From IMG/VR virus record IMGVR_UViG_3300047510_002509: a stretch of DNA of 64,000 nt. The stretch is one strand, 5' to 3'. The first letter of the stretch is position 1. Every line of letters begins with the position of its first letter. Shown here piece after piece: positions 42,501 through 52,800 of this stretch. The position numbers were made by a program, and so were the translations under genes. This DNA comes from a virus. The notes below the pieces were generated by a model that worked only from the letters and a program-made list of their open reading frames with translations, had not been told where the DNA came from and searched no databases.

Positions 42501-42646
42501 AAAAATGCAACTCCTGGAGCTAGAGGAGTTGGGATAACGCTCTCTCCACTGTTTTTGAAGTAAATAAAATCTTCATCAATGTTGACGTTGACTCGAGCAA
42601 AAGTGTGAGTACCCTGCGCACCTGCAGCTGTTACATCAATAGGCAT
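36548..42646 (-). CDS. Large putative virion protein with Gly-rich domain and ~9-10 beta-repeat modules
   Basis: 2032 aa. Repeated VN...D.....HGF..G..V.Y...YYV...IKLA modules, a GGGGG-rich domain, and RQTRKYFRYQSGKG / YSWYGAG core motifs. Confidence 0.7.
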   Translation of the reverse strand: MPIDVTAAGAQGTHTFARVNVNIDEDFIYFKNSGESVIPTPLAPGVAFLYTSGVGSVTGFTENGLVYVTTTEPKKLKFSTTFNGTALDFTDSVAGSIKFNTPIVFSNKLNIDASTPTNQAVKYYTNGTPITGLTSGDTYFLKNVSISEFAGSQALYAFTSHTFTTCGKTGRVGPTQQEMRASYSTTWDETYLVQGAFVGYQDWTVPVSGIYRFNVRGASGYNGAGSGGIGRGAIVEGEIALTKGEVITIAVGQQGAAPSSGTTWGGSGGGTFVVRKTGNEPLFVAGGGSGESNVGAGRDAVLTQLGGTSTNNQPAGGQAGFGGRSTNPFGRSAAGGGFFSRGQNGGFGNTTTLGGGSFLDGLTMGTNTLVGGYGGFGGGGQSDGNVTGQSGGGGGYSGGGGARSTTANHSGGGGGSFVVATAANVKTSTGFFDGANTFNGTLIANLNAYHTGEGQVAVTLVSSFTTGNSVHPTAQDAENGTNAIAIEPAGSSYHSFVPINLDIQNDAIHSAALHTLNNGEAIQVSFNGVPPTGIQNNGIYYVNTIDAFSYRLSTTPSPSFTNINLISPSSREVSTTSKISRVVVNTATDTLTISNHGFLVDQPLRYSVGDGTAITPLIDQATYYVAEVLNANQIRLKSSLNSPTFINFTGAGTGTGHSFIFLTVNALEDTLYIPNHGLVSGQAVRYSKGLEANTVIPGLTDNTTYYIVKVDNSIVRLATNKALTVIANITSQEPWPATGTHSLFITSLDYATNTITLPGHGFLQGELVEYDSKGQTAVDGLTTATPYYVIFIDGDNIKLATTPEEADAGTAVDLTDTPLGVGRHTLRSLSKTPDGIYTITSTPSATTFTVEAAGNVPIITKVFNPRSTVNLEADTFFLPSHGFTTGTEVTYEQGDSATDIGGLINNTQYYVVAINRDYLKLATSAENAAAGITLSVTDWGTGVGHKLITDQINGNVTGSGTVSVVSGSVLVNGTGTAFSKILKVGDRFRLFPANTTKQHGTLVFEAADVNTGTNLITKSNTFATADAVVFSAGSGTAPSPLVEGTTYYVRVVSAGSTFTLHPTAANATANTNIIDITTVGSGTDLQLSRTNKTFSDVDVNTTNNRIVKTHNFETGEVVKFATNGGVAPTPLVDGYYYYVRAISNTEITLHTTLNDANNNLQAVDFSTQGTGTAFSLTSTAPVGPIIRKITAIGGDTQITVDRPYANAYDAVSYSYPTFVYVRPQGYSLHRPFDGGVEMSVGSKTSFGQIVRQTRKYFRYQSGKGIQSSCGVNFQPSIDLESMTKFSEITIECKTRRPHGLVSGLFIVINAAEDSFGDVSTVYNGEFQVTVVDLTTFRFTAKEPIVESRAYGFPQFYVREWENGAVREGMFDFQNGAFFEFDGEAIYCVRRSSTQQLAGTASALQGSEIIFGNNTSFQAQLDVGDYVVMRGQSYRITEITSDTRMSVRPEYKGSSGTEKEFNPQTQVNISTDVITIIGHGFSNRLPVVYNSIDGEPIGGMINGRTYYVDLINNNSFKLVADPDSTVNVNLSNTGTTTTHSFVPAKSGIVITKTVDTRIPQSQWNVDICDGSGPTGYNLDISRIQMAYIDYSWYGAGKIRFGFKTVDGQVQYVHEFVHNNNLFESYFRSGNLPGRYEVVTYENPTYIPYLFHWGTSVIMDGRFDDDNAYLFTGTSQTLNIPGTTAKSFASSGINLTTDLFTVQSHGFAQGDLLQFQSIATNGFPGTNNLNPATQIVGSNTTATLQNDALYGVLVNSPNLIHLTPPNVTISKGSSYSGGQAITSAQAGTTVTITTTLPHNLTTGMYVGVYGSTRVANGPFYITRTSDTAFTYQAPTATVASGADPTIIMCEVINFTSQGNTQYTYFLYPNGSLNNTSGPNYQPLLSIRLSPSVSEGLTGKLGDRDVLNRMQLRLQEIGVSTTQLVDVKVLLNPRLNNLNFVGVDSPSLTQIVEHTAQDTVSGGVQVYNFRAAGGASGAEDTTVVDVSTLFELSNSILGGDSIFPDGPDILTIAVSRLTGNSTLTAAKMSWAEAQA

Positions 42647-42660
42647 TTATACTCTCCTTC

Positions 42661-45348
42661 TTATAGTTTCTGAATGCTGATTTGACCATTGCCACTACTA
42701 GCAACTTCAGAATTGCTTTGATTAGTTCCAACGTTGTAAGAACCAGCACCAGCACCGTTTGCTGACCAATATGCACCAGGACCACCTGAGTAGCCACCGC
42801 CACCACCAGCACCGCCAGCCCAACCGCGAGCGGCTCCACCGCCACCAAACCCACCGTGGGTTGAGTAGTTACCGCCGTAAGCACCGTTTACGAATGAAGT
42901 ACCAGGTCCTGCCCAGCCTCCACCATTTCCGTAGAAACCAGCACCTCCACCCATGGATTCACCGTTTCCACCATTTCCATTGCTAGAACCGCCCCATGAG
43001 CTAGAGCCTCGAGAGCTGGTACCAGTGGTTGCGTCCGCATTTCCATACCAACCTGGAGATGCACCACCGCCGCCACCAGCAACTAGATATGGAAGATTGT
43101 CAGAGCGTCGAGCAACGTAGCTACCTCCGCCGCCACCACCGTTGTCACCCATACCACCGCCAGCTTGACCAACAACAAGTTTAATTTCGTCACCAAGCTG
43201 CCATGCAAAATCGCCACGCATACGAGTACCGTAACCACCACGGTTACCCCAGTTAGAGGCCCAACCGCCAGCTGCTCCGTATGCTTCAACTCGATAAGTT
43301 GCTGCTTCGGGAACTGTCCAAACAATTGTTCCAGTATTGCCTGGCATAGTGATATATGTATTTCCCCAAGATGGGTTTCCTGCACCAGAACGAGCTTGAG
43401 TCAGGTTTGGACCACCAGCACCACCAGCACCACCTGGAGTGAAGGTTACGCTCGAGAATGTATACAAAGCAGGTGGCTGATCGAACTGATAGAGATGAGT
43501 TTGAAAAGCCGAAATACCATCAACGTCAGTACCAGTAATAATTACTGTACGTCCTGGAGGTGCAATATTCTCTGTAGGAGTTCCTGACACAACACCAGTA
43601 CTTGTATTTAAAGTAAGACCTGAAGGAAGAGTTCCACTTGTGACTGCATATGTAATAGGAGCGGTCATACCAATAGCAGTTACAGTAGTTGGTGTAATTG
43701 CGTATCTAGAAAAACCTGTTCTAGTGATAGTTTGAGGACTTAGCTCTCCAACTGTCTGATTTAAAGTAAAATTGTGTTGGTCTAATACTTGCGCGACAAA
43801 GTAAAAATTCTTAACTTGAGAAGCATCTACTACAGAAAAAGCACCATTTTCTGGAGCTGTATATCTAACCATGTCAAAACGGGTGTATCCATGGTCTTTT
43901 AAGTGAAAAATGTTTTTATCTGGAGAAATACCAATTTGTTTAAAAGTTTGAGTACCAGTTCCACCAGAAATTGAAGTAATAGTTGTACCCGTTGGGGTCG
44001 GCTTTAAGGTAAACGCATAATTTAGTCCACCAGTACTAAAGAAAGAATCAATAAAATATGTGGTGTTGTTTGTAAGACCGTTTGCCGCTGTTCCAGTGGT
44101 GGTGTAGTACACCATAGTTCCAAAGTACCAATTTAAAGGTACTTCTTGATCAGAAGCTACGTTAACCAAAGAACCGCTGTACGATGTAACTCTTCCAACT
44201 TCAATTGATAGATTAGCACCATCAAATTCTTTTGGCGCATCTTTAATAATTACCACTTCAACTTCAGTTGCAGCATTTTGATTATTTCCAGCAAAAGTAC
44301 GAGCTTGGTTAGCAAGCTGGAAGGTTCCAGTCATTGTCGTTGGTATTGCAATTGCATCGCCATCTGGAAGTTCAGAGACTTGGAAAGTAGAACTTGAAGT
44401 TCCAAGAGTGGTATTAGTTTTTAAAAATACAACGCCTCTTGGATTTGTAGAAAAGAACCCTCCACCAGCAACAACGTCGTAATAAAGAGGGGTTCCAATT
44501 ACCTTACCAACAAAATTTTCTGTTCCATGAGCAACAGTAATTGTATTGTCTACAAGATTCTGAGCACTCATATTGATAGAGCTAGTTACACCCGCCACGG
44601 TGGCTGAGTTTGACCAATCAATGTTAATTTGAGAAAGAGTATTAGAACCGTCAAAAGTCTGAGCGGTAGCTGAGTTTGAAGCATCAAAAGATTTTGCCTC
44701 ATTGTTATTGGCAGGGAACTCTTGAGAAATAGTAGAGTTTAGATTCAAGAAGTAGAAAGGTGTATCTACATAAAAACCGTGGGTAGAGCCTGTAGTAACA
44801 GTTAGAGTTGAAATAGACTCACCGTCGGTAGTAATACCTGCCTCGTCTGAAAGGCGAAGCTGGGAGCCTTGGAAGAACTCTCCAGTGATAACAGATGAAT
44901 ACAAATCTTCAATAGAGTTGTTACCCTGCTGAATGTCGCGGCACAAGTAGGTAAATGTGCTGCCATTTGGAATAGAGTTGATGATGTATGCACCATCAGC
45001 GGTAATTGATTTTGTTCCAGTTACGTTAATAGGAATACCGACCGCCAGCCCGTGTGGGAGGCCAGTGGATACGGTAATTTCTCGAGTTCCATCATTTGTT
45101 GTAATCGCAATGATGTTAGGAATTGTGGTGTCACCAGACTTCGAAAAGAATGAAGGAGTGTTGTTGATAAGCTCAACAGTCTCCCACTTGGTAGGTTGAA
45201 GTCCGTACTCAAAGTCCGTATCGATGAGGTTTTGTGGCTCGGATACGCGAAACTTAGTTACTGGGTCAATAAACTCTTTCGGAAAACCAGTAATTTCTCC
45301 ACCAGCGCCACCGCTGCCACCAGAACTACCGCCTAGAAAACCGGGCAT
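42661..45348 (-). CDS. Putative virion protein with Ig-like (He_PIG) and Gly-rich domains
   Basis: SGTLPSGLTLNTSTGVVSGTP Ig motif and a C-terminal Gly-rich domain paralogous to that in 36548..42646. Confidence 0.7.
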   Translation of the reverse strand: MPGFLGGSSGGSGGAGGEITGFPKEFIDPVTKFRVSEPQNLIDTDFEYGLQPTKWETVELINNTPSFFSKSGDTTIPNIIAITTNDGTREITVSTGLPHGLAVGIPINVTGTKSITADGAYIINSIPNGSTFTYLCRDIQQGNNSIEDLYSSVITGEFFQGSQLRLSDEAGITTDGESISTLTVTTGSTHGFYVDTPFYFLNLNSTISQEFPANNNEAKSFDASNSATAQTFDGSNTLSQINIDWSNSATVAGVTSSINMSAQNLVDNTITVAHGTENFVGKVIGTPLYYDVVAGGGFFSTNPRGVVFLKTNTTLGTSSSTFQVSELPDGDAIAIPTTMTGTFQLANQARTFAGNNQNAATEVEVVIIKDAPKEFDGANLSIEVGRVTSYSGSLVNVASDQEVPLNWYFGTMVYYTTTGTAANGLTNNTTYFIDSFFSTGGLNYAFTLKPTPTGTTITSISGGTGTQTFKQIGISPDKNIFHLKDHGYTRFDMVRYTAPENGAFSVVDASQVKNFYFVAQVLDQHNFTLNQTVGELSPQTITRTGFSRYAITPTTVTAIGMTAPITYAVTSGTLPSGLTLNTSTGVVSGTPTENIAPPGRTVIITGTDVDGISAFQTHLYQFDQPPALYTFSSVTFTPGGAGGAGGPNLTQARSGAGNPSWGNTYITMPGNTGTIVWTVPEAATYRVEAYGAAGGWASNWGNRGGYGTRMRGDFAWQLGDEIKLVVGQAGGGMGDNGGGGGGSYVARRSDNLPYLVAGGGGGASPGWYGNADATTGTSSRGSSSWGGSSNGNGGNGESMGGGAGFYGNGGGWAGPGTSFVNGAYGGNYSTHGGFGGGGAARGWAGGAGGGGGYSGGPGAYWSANGAGAGSYNVGTNQSNSEVASSGNGQISIQKL

Positions 45349-45375
45349 TAGTCAATACCTCTCTCACCACACACG

Positions 45376-45409
45376 AGATTTGTTAGTAGAATACCACTGC
45401 TACAAATCT
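45376..45409. promoter_or_regulatory. Inverted repeat over putative -10 of the 895-aa gene
   Basis: AGATTTGT (45376-83) / ACAAATCT (45402-09) enclose minus-strand TATTCT. Confidence 0.35.
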
Positions 45410-45441
45410 TTGATTTTAAAAAAGTGCTTGTGTTTTGCATT

Positions 45442-46092
45442 TTATGTACCTAACCACCAGCTGTAACTAGCTGCAAATGACCCCTGAGCCCCTGTTGGAC
45501 CGACAGGTCCAGTGGAACCACCCTGAGTTTGAATAAAAACACCATTATAAAAAACGTAAGTAATTGCTGTATTAGTGTCAAACCAAGCATCACCATTTAC
45601 AGCAGTTAGTAGATCAGGTGCAGTTGGACTAGCTGTGAATTTACCAACAGGACCAGTTGGACCAGTTGGACCTGGAACCTCGGATTGAGCTCCAGTTGGA
45701 CCAGTTGGACCAGTAACACCGCGAGGACCTGTAGGACCTTGTGGACCAGTTACATTTGAATCTGCACCAGTAGGTCCAGTAAATCCACGCTCACCACGCT
45801 CACCTTGCAAACCTTGCGGACCAGTAGGACCTTGCGGACCAGTAGAACCTACAGGACCTTGAGGACCAGCAACATCAGATACGGGACCCGTCGGACCAGC
45901 AATACCTTGAGTACCAGTTGGTCCTTGTGGACCTGTCGCACCTGTCGGGCCTTGAATACCTTGAGGTCCAGTTGGGCCAGTAGGAGTTACACGCTTAGCT
46001 TCCCAGACAGCGCCAGTCCAAATCCAAGTCTGCCCACCTGCGGTGAACTCTTCGCCAACCACTACGGGTGTTGGAAAATCAATTGCTGCCAC
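45442..46092 (-). CDS. Collagen-like protein
   Basis: AIDFP N-terminal motif and a long GPT tract. Confidence 0.85.
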   Translation of the reverse strand: MAAIDFPTPVVVGEEFTAGGQTWIWTGAVWEAKRVTPTGPTGPQGIQGPTGATGPQGPTGTQGIAGPTGPVSDVAGPQGPVGSTGPQGPTGPQGLQGERGERGFTGPTGADSNVTGPQGPTGPRGVTGPTGPTGAQSEVPGPTGPTGPVGKFTASPTAPDLLTAVNGDAWFDTNTAITYVFYNGVFIQTQGGSTGPVGPTGAQGSFAASYSWWLGT

Positions 46093-46141
46093 TTAGCTTG
46101 TCTCCTTTCTGCTCCAAATGTCTATTCTACTTTGATAATTC

Positions 46142-46318
46142 TTAGCCAACTTGTGGTTCTGATTGATTAGCATTCTTCATACTTACATAAGCCTCTGCCC
46201 ATGTAGTTGCAGACTCCAAAGACTCCCATGGTCCGCTTTCATCAATAATGTTGCTTCCATACAGAATCTGCACAATGGGGCCTCTAGGGTTGCTATTTAT
46301 AATCACGTAAGAAAACAT
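46142..46318 (-). CDS. Small hypothetical protein (58 aa, not in ORF track)
   Basis: Manual translation MFSYVIINSNPRGP...WAEAYVSMKNANQSEPQVG. Abuts the upstream stop, with GGAGG RBS. Confidence 0.6.
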   Translation of the reverse strand: MFSYVIINSNPRGPIVQILYGSNIIDESGPWESLESATTWAEAYVSMKNANQSEPQVG

Positions 46319-47239
46319 TTAACCTCCCGAATACGCAATCTTGCCACTATTACCTACTGCAATAGCTACCGAATCGTCAAGATATACATCATTTATATTT
46401 GATGTACTAAAACCAGAGTTTCTCTGGACCCAAGAAATTGAATCTGTAGAGGTTGCTAGCTTACCCGCGGTTCCACCAGCTAAATAATAATTTTCTAGAT
46501 TTGACGTGACAGACCTAATCTGGGACGAACCAAAAGTGCTAGCTGGAAATGTTTGTACCCAAGTAAGGCCATTGTTTGAAGTTGCTATTTTTCCAGAGTC
46601 TCCTACAGCAACATACCTGTTTTCTGAAGGGTTACTAGTGACTGAAAAAATAGTGCTTGTAATAAAAGAAGAACCTCTTTGAGTCCAACTAATTCCATTG
46701 GATGATGTTGCCAATTTTCCATCATATCCAACAGCGACCACAAGAGTTGAGTTGGCAAAAAGACCATTTATAAAAGTAGTTCCAAAGGAAGACAAACGCT
46801 GAGTCCACTCAATTCCATCAATTGATGTAGCTAATTTTCCAGAACCACCAACAGCAATCCACAATCCAGCGGATGGAGCATAAGTAATTCCCAAAATTGC
46901 ACTTGCACCAAAAGATGAGGCTCGCAGTGTCCAAGTAATTCCATCTGGAGAGGTAGCCATTTTTCCAGAGCTGCCACCAATAATGTACTGATCGTCACCA
47001 TATGCAATAGCATAAATGTTGCTACCAGCAAAACCTGAAGACCTCTGGGTCCATGAAGTTATATCTCCAGAGGTCGCGACTTTTCCAGAACTCCCAACTG
47101 CAACAAATTGCCCAGTTCCATTAGTAGCAATTCCATTTATGTTTGTAGTACCAAAAGAACTATTTGATACAAGATTCCAAACAGCTGGAAGAAACGCTAC
47201 TGGTAGTGTCGCATGCATTGCATGAGTTGCTATTAACAT
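46319..47239 (-). CDS. Beta-propeller (BNR/Asp-box-like repeat) protein
   Basis: About 7 repeats of VAVGxSGK(L/V)ATSxDGIxWTQRxSSFG. Confidence 0.8.
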   Translation of the reverse strand: MLIATHAMHATLPVAFLPAVWNLVSNSSFGTTNINGIATNGTGQFVAVGSSGKVATSGDITSWTQRSSGFAGSNIYAIAYGDDQYIIGGSSGKMATSPDGITWTLRASSFGASAILGITYAPSAGLWIAVGGSGKLATSIDGIEWTQRLSSFGTTFINGLFANSTLVVAVGYDGKLATSSNGISWTQRGSSFITSTIFSVTSNPSENRYVAVGDSGKIATSNNGLTWVQTFPASTFGSSQIRSVTSNLENYYLAGGTAGKLATSTDSISWVQRNSGFSTSNINDVYLDDSVAIAVGNSGKIAYSGG

Positions 47240-47240
47240 T

Positions 47241-49130
47241 TTATGCCTGCAAGTTTCCGCTAAGTAACCATGAATTAGCACCAAGCTTTATTAATGAGGC
47301 CACGGCATATCTTTGTTTGCTGGTGTATCTGCTTCCTTCACTGAGAACATTTACCCCAGCGGCTCCAGTAACACTAAATACAGCACTTCCAAGCTGTACA
47401 AGAACCAATTGAGCGCCTGTGTCAAACGTATATCCATTTGTTCCATCAGCTGGAATAGTTACAACGGAAGGAATTGAACTATTTAATTTAACTAAAGAAG
47501 CTGCATCGTTCGCTGTCAAAGTAACAGATGATAAATATTGAGGACCAGTTAAATTAAAGAAAGCTGGGCCAGTAGGACCAGTATCTCCTACAGGACCTTG
47601 AATGCCTTGAATACCTTGCTCACCCTGCGGGCCAGGAACGGTTGATGGGTCTCCTTGGTCACCTTTAGATCCAGTAGGACCCGCTGGGCCTACTGCTCCA
47701 TCTGGACCAGTTGGTCCTTGGATACGACCAACGTTTTGCCAAACTGTTCCATTCCAAACCCAGAGATCGCCTGTTGCTTGAACTACATATGCATCATTAA
47801 TTTGATTGTTAGTTGCAGGCAAATCAACATCGTTAACAACTGTGCCTTTAAACTTAATTGATGCACCTTGTGGACCAGTTGGACCTATAGGACCAACCTC
47901 ACCAGCACCGAGAACTAAATTCCAACTTGAATAAGTATTTCCCTCGCCATTTATTTTGTCTACAAACATCGTTATTGATGTTCCAACAATTCCTGTAATG
48001 ACACCTTCCATATAATCCTGAGGGAAAGTAGCACTAGCTAATCTTGCTCTAGTTCCTACTGCAAAAGCACTAACTTTATTTACAAGGAAGTTTTCCGAAC
48101 CAAGATTTACAGATAAAGTAGCAGAAGATGTTACGCCAGAAAAGCTATCTCCGGGATCACCCTTATCACCTTTAGGACCAGTTACTGCAGGACCAGTTGG
48201 TCCTATTGGGCCTGGAACCGTTGAGTCAGCACCAGTAGGACCAGTTACTGCGGGACCAGTTGGACCAGTTGGACCGGGAATAGTAGAAGCTGCACCTGTT
48301 GCACCAGTAGCACCTGTTGCACCACGAAGACCTGCCGCACCTTCTGGACCTGTTGGACCAGTTGCACCAGTAGCTCCAGTCGGACCAGTTGGACCACCAG
48401 ATGGACCAGTTGGACCTGCATCTCCTGTTGCCCCTGTTGGGCCCGTGACTGAAGGTCCTGTTGCACCAACTGGGCCAGTAGGACCTACGAATCCGCGAGG
48501 ACCTGTAATACCACGCTCACCTTGCAAACCTTGCGGACCAGTTGGGCCAGTCTCTCCTTCTGGGCCTTGTGGGCCAGTAGCACCAATTGGACCTGTTGAA
48601 CCAACAGGACCACGCTCACCTTCGGGGCCAACTTCACCCGTAGGACCAGTAGGGCCTTGTGGACCAGTAGGACCAGTAACGTCTAAACCATTTGCACCTG
48701 TAGGACCAGTATTTCCTTGCGGGCCAGTAGCACCAGTTGGTCCTTGCGGACCAGTCGGACCTAACTCTGTAGATATTGGACCCGTCGCACCTGTAGGACC
48801 AGTGGGTCCTTCACTACCAGAAAGACTGGAAGCAGACTCTACCCAGTAGTCATCAAAATAAACATAAATTTTTCCTGTGGCAGTGTTTAACCATGCATCT
48901 CCAGCAGAAGCTCCAACTGGAGGCGTATCAGCGGCAAGTAGAACTGTTCCTGTCGCACCTGTAGGACCCGTTACGTTACTTGCTGCACCCTGAGGACCTG
49001 TCGCACCCGTGGGTCCAACAACTTGAGAAATTACAAGATTCCACGCGGTGCCATCCCATTGCCAAGTTTGTACACCAGATGTAAATAAATCTCCTATTGT
49101 TGGGGAGTTAGGGAAATCAATGGCTGCCAT
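47241..49130 (-). CDS. Collagen-like protein
   Basis: AIDFP N-terminus, long GXY tracts and a C-terminal domain shared with 30440..30901. Confidence 0.85.
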   Translation of the reverse strand: MAAIDFPNSPTIGDLFTSGVQTWQWDGTAWNLVISQVVGPTGATGPQGAASNVTGPTGATGTVLLAADTPPVGASAGDAWLNTATGKIYVYFDDYWVESASSLSGSEGPTGPTGATGPISTELGPTGPQGPTGATGPQGNTGPTGANGLDVTGPTGPQGPTGPTGEVGPEGERGPVGSTGPIGATGPQGPEGETGPTGPQGLQGERGITGPRGFVGPTGPVGATGPSVTGPTGATGDAGPTGPSGGPTGPTGATGATGPTGPEGAAGLRGATGATGATGAASTIPGPTGPTGPAVTGPTGADSTVPGPIGPTGPAVTGPKGDKGDPGDSFSGVTSSATLSVNLGSENFLVNKVSAFAVGTRARLASATFPQDYMEGVITGIVGTSITMFVDKINGEGNTYSSWNLVLGAGEVGPIGPTGPQGASIKFKGTVVNDVDLPATNNQINDAYVVQATGDLWVWNGTVWQNVGRIQGPTGPDGAVGPAGPTGSKGDQGDPSTVPGPQGEQGIQGIQGPVGDTGPTGPAFFNLTGPQYLSSVTLTANDAASLVKLNSSIPSVVTIPADGTNGYTFDTGAQLVLVQLGSAVFSVTGAAGVNVLSEGSRYTSKQRYAVASLIKLGANSWLLSGNLQA

Positions 49131-49141
49131 AAATTATCTCC

Positions 49142-49843
49142 TTATACCGCCGACTCATAGGTAAATTGAACAAGTATCTTGTCATTAGCACTTATCAAAA
49201 ATGGAGTACTTTCCGTAACGGCAACGCCTTCGTCAAAAGTTGCAGACTGAGAGTGCATAAATAGCTCTATACGGTTTGTGAAGTTGTTATTAAAAATTGC
49301 TGTACCAAAATATGTAATACCTGGTCCTTCATCTCGCATAACAACTTGACCAACTGGCTGATAATTTTCCACAATTCCACTAGAAGGCAGACTCAAAGAA
49401 TAAGTACCACTGCCTCGGTTAAATCCAATGGTTCCTGCTTGAATTCTTATTTCACCAAAAATTGTTGCTCCAACATAGGTATATCTACCTTGAAGAGTTC
49501 CATTTCCAATCTGAGGATTTGTAGAGCTTCCATACCAAATTGGTGTATACAAAGTCCAAGGAGCGATTGCAAATTCTCCAGTTGCTCCCGTAGGCCCTGT
49601 AGGACCAGGAACAAGTGATGCCGCACCTTCTGGACCTATTGGACCAGTTGGACCAATCTCACCCTGTGGACCAGTAGCACCGATAGCAGTTGAATCAAGA
49701 CCCGCTGGGCCTGTAGGACCAGTTGGACCTTGAGCACTTGTGCGAACTAAACGCCAAGCAGTGCCGTCCCAGTAGTAAGTGTTAACACCGTTTGTGTACT
49801 CTTGATTTAGAGTTGGATTAGTTGGAAAGTCTATAGCTGTCAT
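49142..49843 (-). CDS. Short collagen-like protein with C-terminal beta (fibre-head-like) domain
   Basis: AIDFP N-terminus, a GXY tract and WTLYTP...GRYTYVG head domain. Confidence 0.8.
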   Translation of the reverse strand: MTAIDFPTNPTLNQEYTNGVNTYYWDGTAWRLVRTSAQGPTGPTGPAGLDSTAIGATGPQGEIGPTGPIGPEGAASLVPGPTGPTGATGEFAIAPWTLYTPIWYGSSTNPQIGNGTLQGRYTYVGATIFGEIRIQAGTIGFNRGSGTYSLSLPSSGIVENYQPVGQVVMRDEGPGITYFGTAIFNNNFTNRIELFMHSQSATFDEGVAVTESTPFLISANDKILVQFTYESAV

Positions 49844-49857
49844 CTATTTATCCTCTT

Positions 49858-52800
49858 CTAACTCGGTACCGAAACAAAAGCACCAGTTATATACAAAGCT
49901 GTGCCTGTGCTTAGTGTAGTAGGAGCAGTGCCAGTTACAGGGGTAAGCAACCCATTGGTTCCTTCAAAATAAAGTTTCATTGTTGCAGAACCTTCTGATT
50001 GGCTAATAGCCTTTACTGAATATAAACTTCCAGCTTGCGAACCGTCTATATCCAAAAATCCAACCGCGGTGATAGTTTCAACTGAATTCGGTAGGAATGG
50101 AAGAGTTACTGTCAACTGCGCAGAGCTAAAAGCAGAGTTGGAATAAATAATTCTCACACCAAAAGTGACATCTTGACCGTACCTCGTATACTCACCAAAA
50201 ACAGTAGGAGTTCCTGTTATACCTCCAGCAATTGGTACATACTGATTTGATACAGGTTCTCCTGTAGGTCCTGTTGGACCCGAAGGACCAGTTGGACCAA
50301 TCTTGTCAACAATCTCGATGATGCCACCGATACTTGGCTCAGTAACGTCAACATAAACTAGTTGTGTTGGAGCATCAAGTGGTACATCATAAATAATGGT
50401 TGTGTCTGCGCTAGCTCCAGTACGACCCTGAGTAGGAGAGTTATTGATTGTTCCTGGAACAGTAGAAGCAGAGAATTGACTTAAACGAAGCGCAAATGGG
50501 TTTGAAGTTAAAACTTGACTTACGTCAATATAAACACGTTCGCCTCGAACTGCAGTTAGGGTTGGGTTTCCTCCAAGCAATGATTGAACTTGGTAAGAGC
50601 CACCATCTCCAGTAGAAGTTACTATATAAGTAACTCCACCCTTAGCTCCCGTAGGACCAAATGGACCTGTAGGACCAGTTGGACCTGGTTGGGTAGATGC
50701 TGGACCAGTAGGACCAGTAACTCCTGGACCAGTAGGACCAGTAGGACCAACAATTTGTCCTACATTATTCCAACTATCTCCATCCCAAACATACAAATCG
50801 CCATCAGCATCTACAGCGCGACCATCATTAAGAGTGTTGCCAGTAGAAGGAAGTTCTCCAACTGTCGCAACGCTTGCTTTCATTGTGATTGAAGTACCTT
50901 GTGGTCCTGTTGGACCAGTCGGTCCTAAATCACCCTGAGGACCAGTTGGACCTTCAACCGTTGAGTCAGCACCAGTAGGACCAGTAGGACCAATCAAAGC
51001 ACCAGCTTCAATCCATCCATCTTCAGAGGTATAGATATAGATAGTGTCTTCTTCGTAGATAACGTAGAAATCGCCTACCTCGGCTGAAGTTGCTCCAGCT
51101 CCAGCAATAAAGTCTGCGTAAGTGTTGTAGTAACCCTTAGCTTGAGAACCGACACCCTGAGGACCAGTAGGACCAGTAACAATTGGGCCTGTGGCTCCTG
51201 TTGCTCCCGTTGGACCTACTAATCTGCCTTGGTCTTCCCAAGCTGAACCATTCCACACCCAAAGATTGCCTGTATCTAAAACAATGTATGCATCATTTGT
51301 TGTGTTACCAGAAGTAGGCAACTCTGATGATGAAGCCAAGTTTCCTAGTAGATTTAAAGAAAATCCTTGAGGACCCTGAGGGCCCGTTGGGCCTGTATCA
51401 CCTTGAGCACCAGTTGGGCCTGTTGCTCCACCAAACTCTGTCGTACCTACTTCGACCCAGAAGTCGTCGTAGTAAACAAATACAGCACCATTTACAGTGT
51501 CGAACCAAACTTGACCAGCAACTGGGTTTTCTGGTGGAGTAGCAGATTTAGGTATGAACTGTCCGTCTGGACCTGTTGGTCCAACAAACTGTCCAGCATC
51601 TACCCAACCAGAACCATCCCAAACATAAAGATTTCCATCTGCAGCAACAACATAAGCATCATTTAAATTATTGTCAGATGCTGGGAGTAAGCTAGTTGTG
51701 GCTATCTCTCCAATAACATTTAGAGCAACTCCTTGCGGACCAGTGGGTCCTGTTGGACCAGTTGGACCTGTAACCTGAGAGTCTGCACCTGTAGGACCAG
51801 TTACACCCTGAATACCTTGCTCACCCTGAATACCCTGAATACCTTGAGGACCAGTAGGTCCTGTTGGACCTGTCACTTCTGGTCCAGTTGGGCCAGTAAT
51901 TCCTCGATAACCAGTAGGACCCGTCGCACCTGTAGGTCCAGTAGGTCCTTCGACAGTGCTGTCTAAACCTGCAGGACCTGTAGGACCAGTAGGTCCGACT
52001 GGAGCTGCACCAGTTTCAATCCAATAACCGTCGTAGTAAACATAAGTTTTTCCATTGTTGCTGTTAAACCAAGCATCACCATTGTCAGGAGAGGCAGGAG
52101 GAGTTGAATCAGCAATTGCAAAAGCACCCAGCTCGCCTTGGGTACCTGTTGGACCAGTTGCACCAGTAGCACCTGTTGGTCCAAGAGGACCAGTTGGGCC
52201 TTGGATATTTCCAACGTTGTCCCACTCAAGACCGATTGCGTCCCAAACGTACAGGTCACCATTTACTAAGTATCCGTCGCCTTCATTACCTGTTGGTTGT
52301 GCGGCTTGTAGTGAAGCAAGGTCTGGGTATGAACCAAGAATTGTTACACCTACACCTGGATCACCTTGAGAACCAGTAGCACCAGTAGGACCAGTTACAC
52401 CTTGAATACCTTGTGAACCTGTAGGACCAGTAGCACCTGTTGGCCCCACTTCACCTTGTGGACCAGTTACACCTTGCTCACCTTGTGGACCAGTTACACC
52501 TTGCTCACCTTGTGGACCAGTAGCACCTGTTGGCCCCACTTCACCTTGTGGACCAGTTACACCTTGCTCACCTTGTGGACCAGTAGCACCAACTTCACCT
52601 GTTGCACCAGTTGGACCTACTTCACCCTGAGGACCAGTTGGACCTTCAACCGTTGAGTCAGCACCAGTAGGACCAGTAGGACCAGTTACACCTTGCTCAC
52701 CCTGAGGACCAGTAGGACCCTCGACTGTGCTATCTGCACCTGTAGCACCTGTAGGACCAATCTCACCCTGTGGGCCAGTTGGACCTGTAGCACCTGTTGG

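Noticed and set aside
52424-52590. Regularly spaced repeats resembling a CRISPR array
   Set aside because: They are in-frame collagen codons with no unique spacers or leader.
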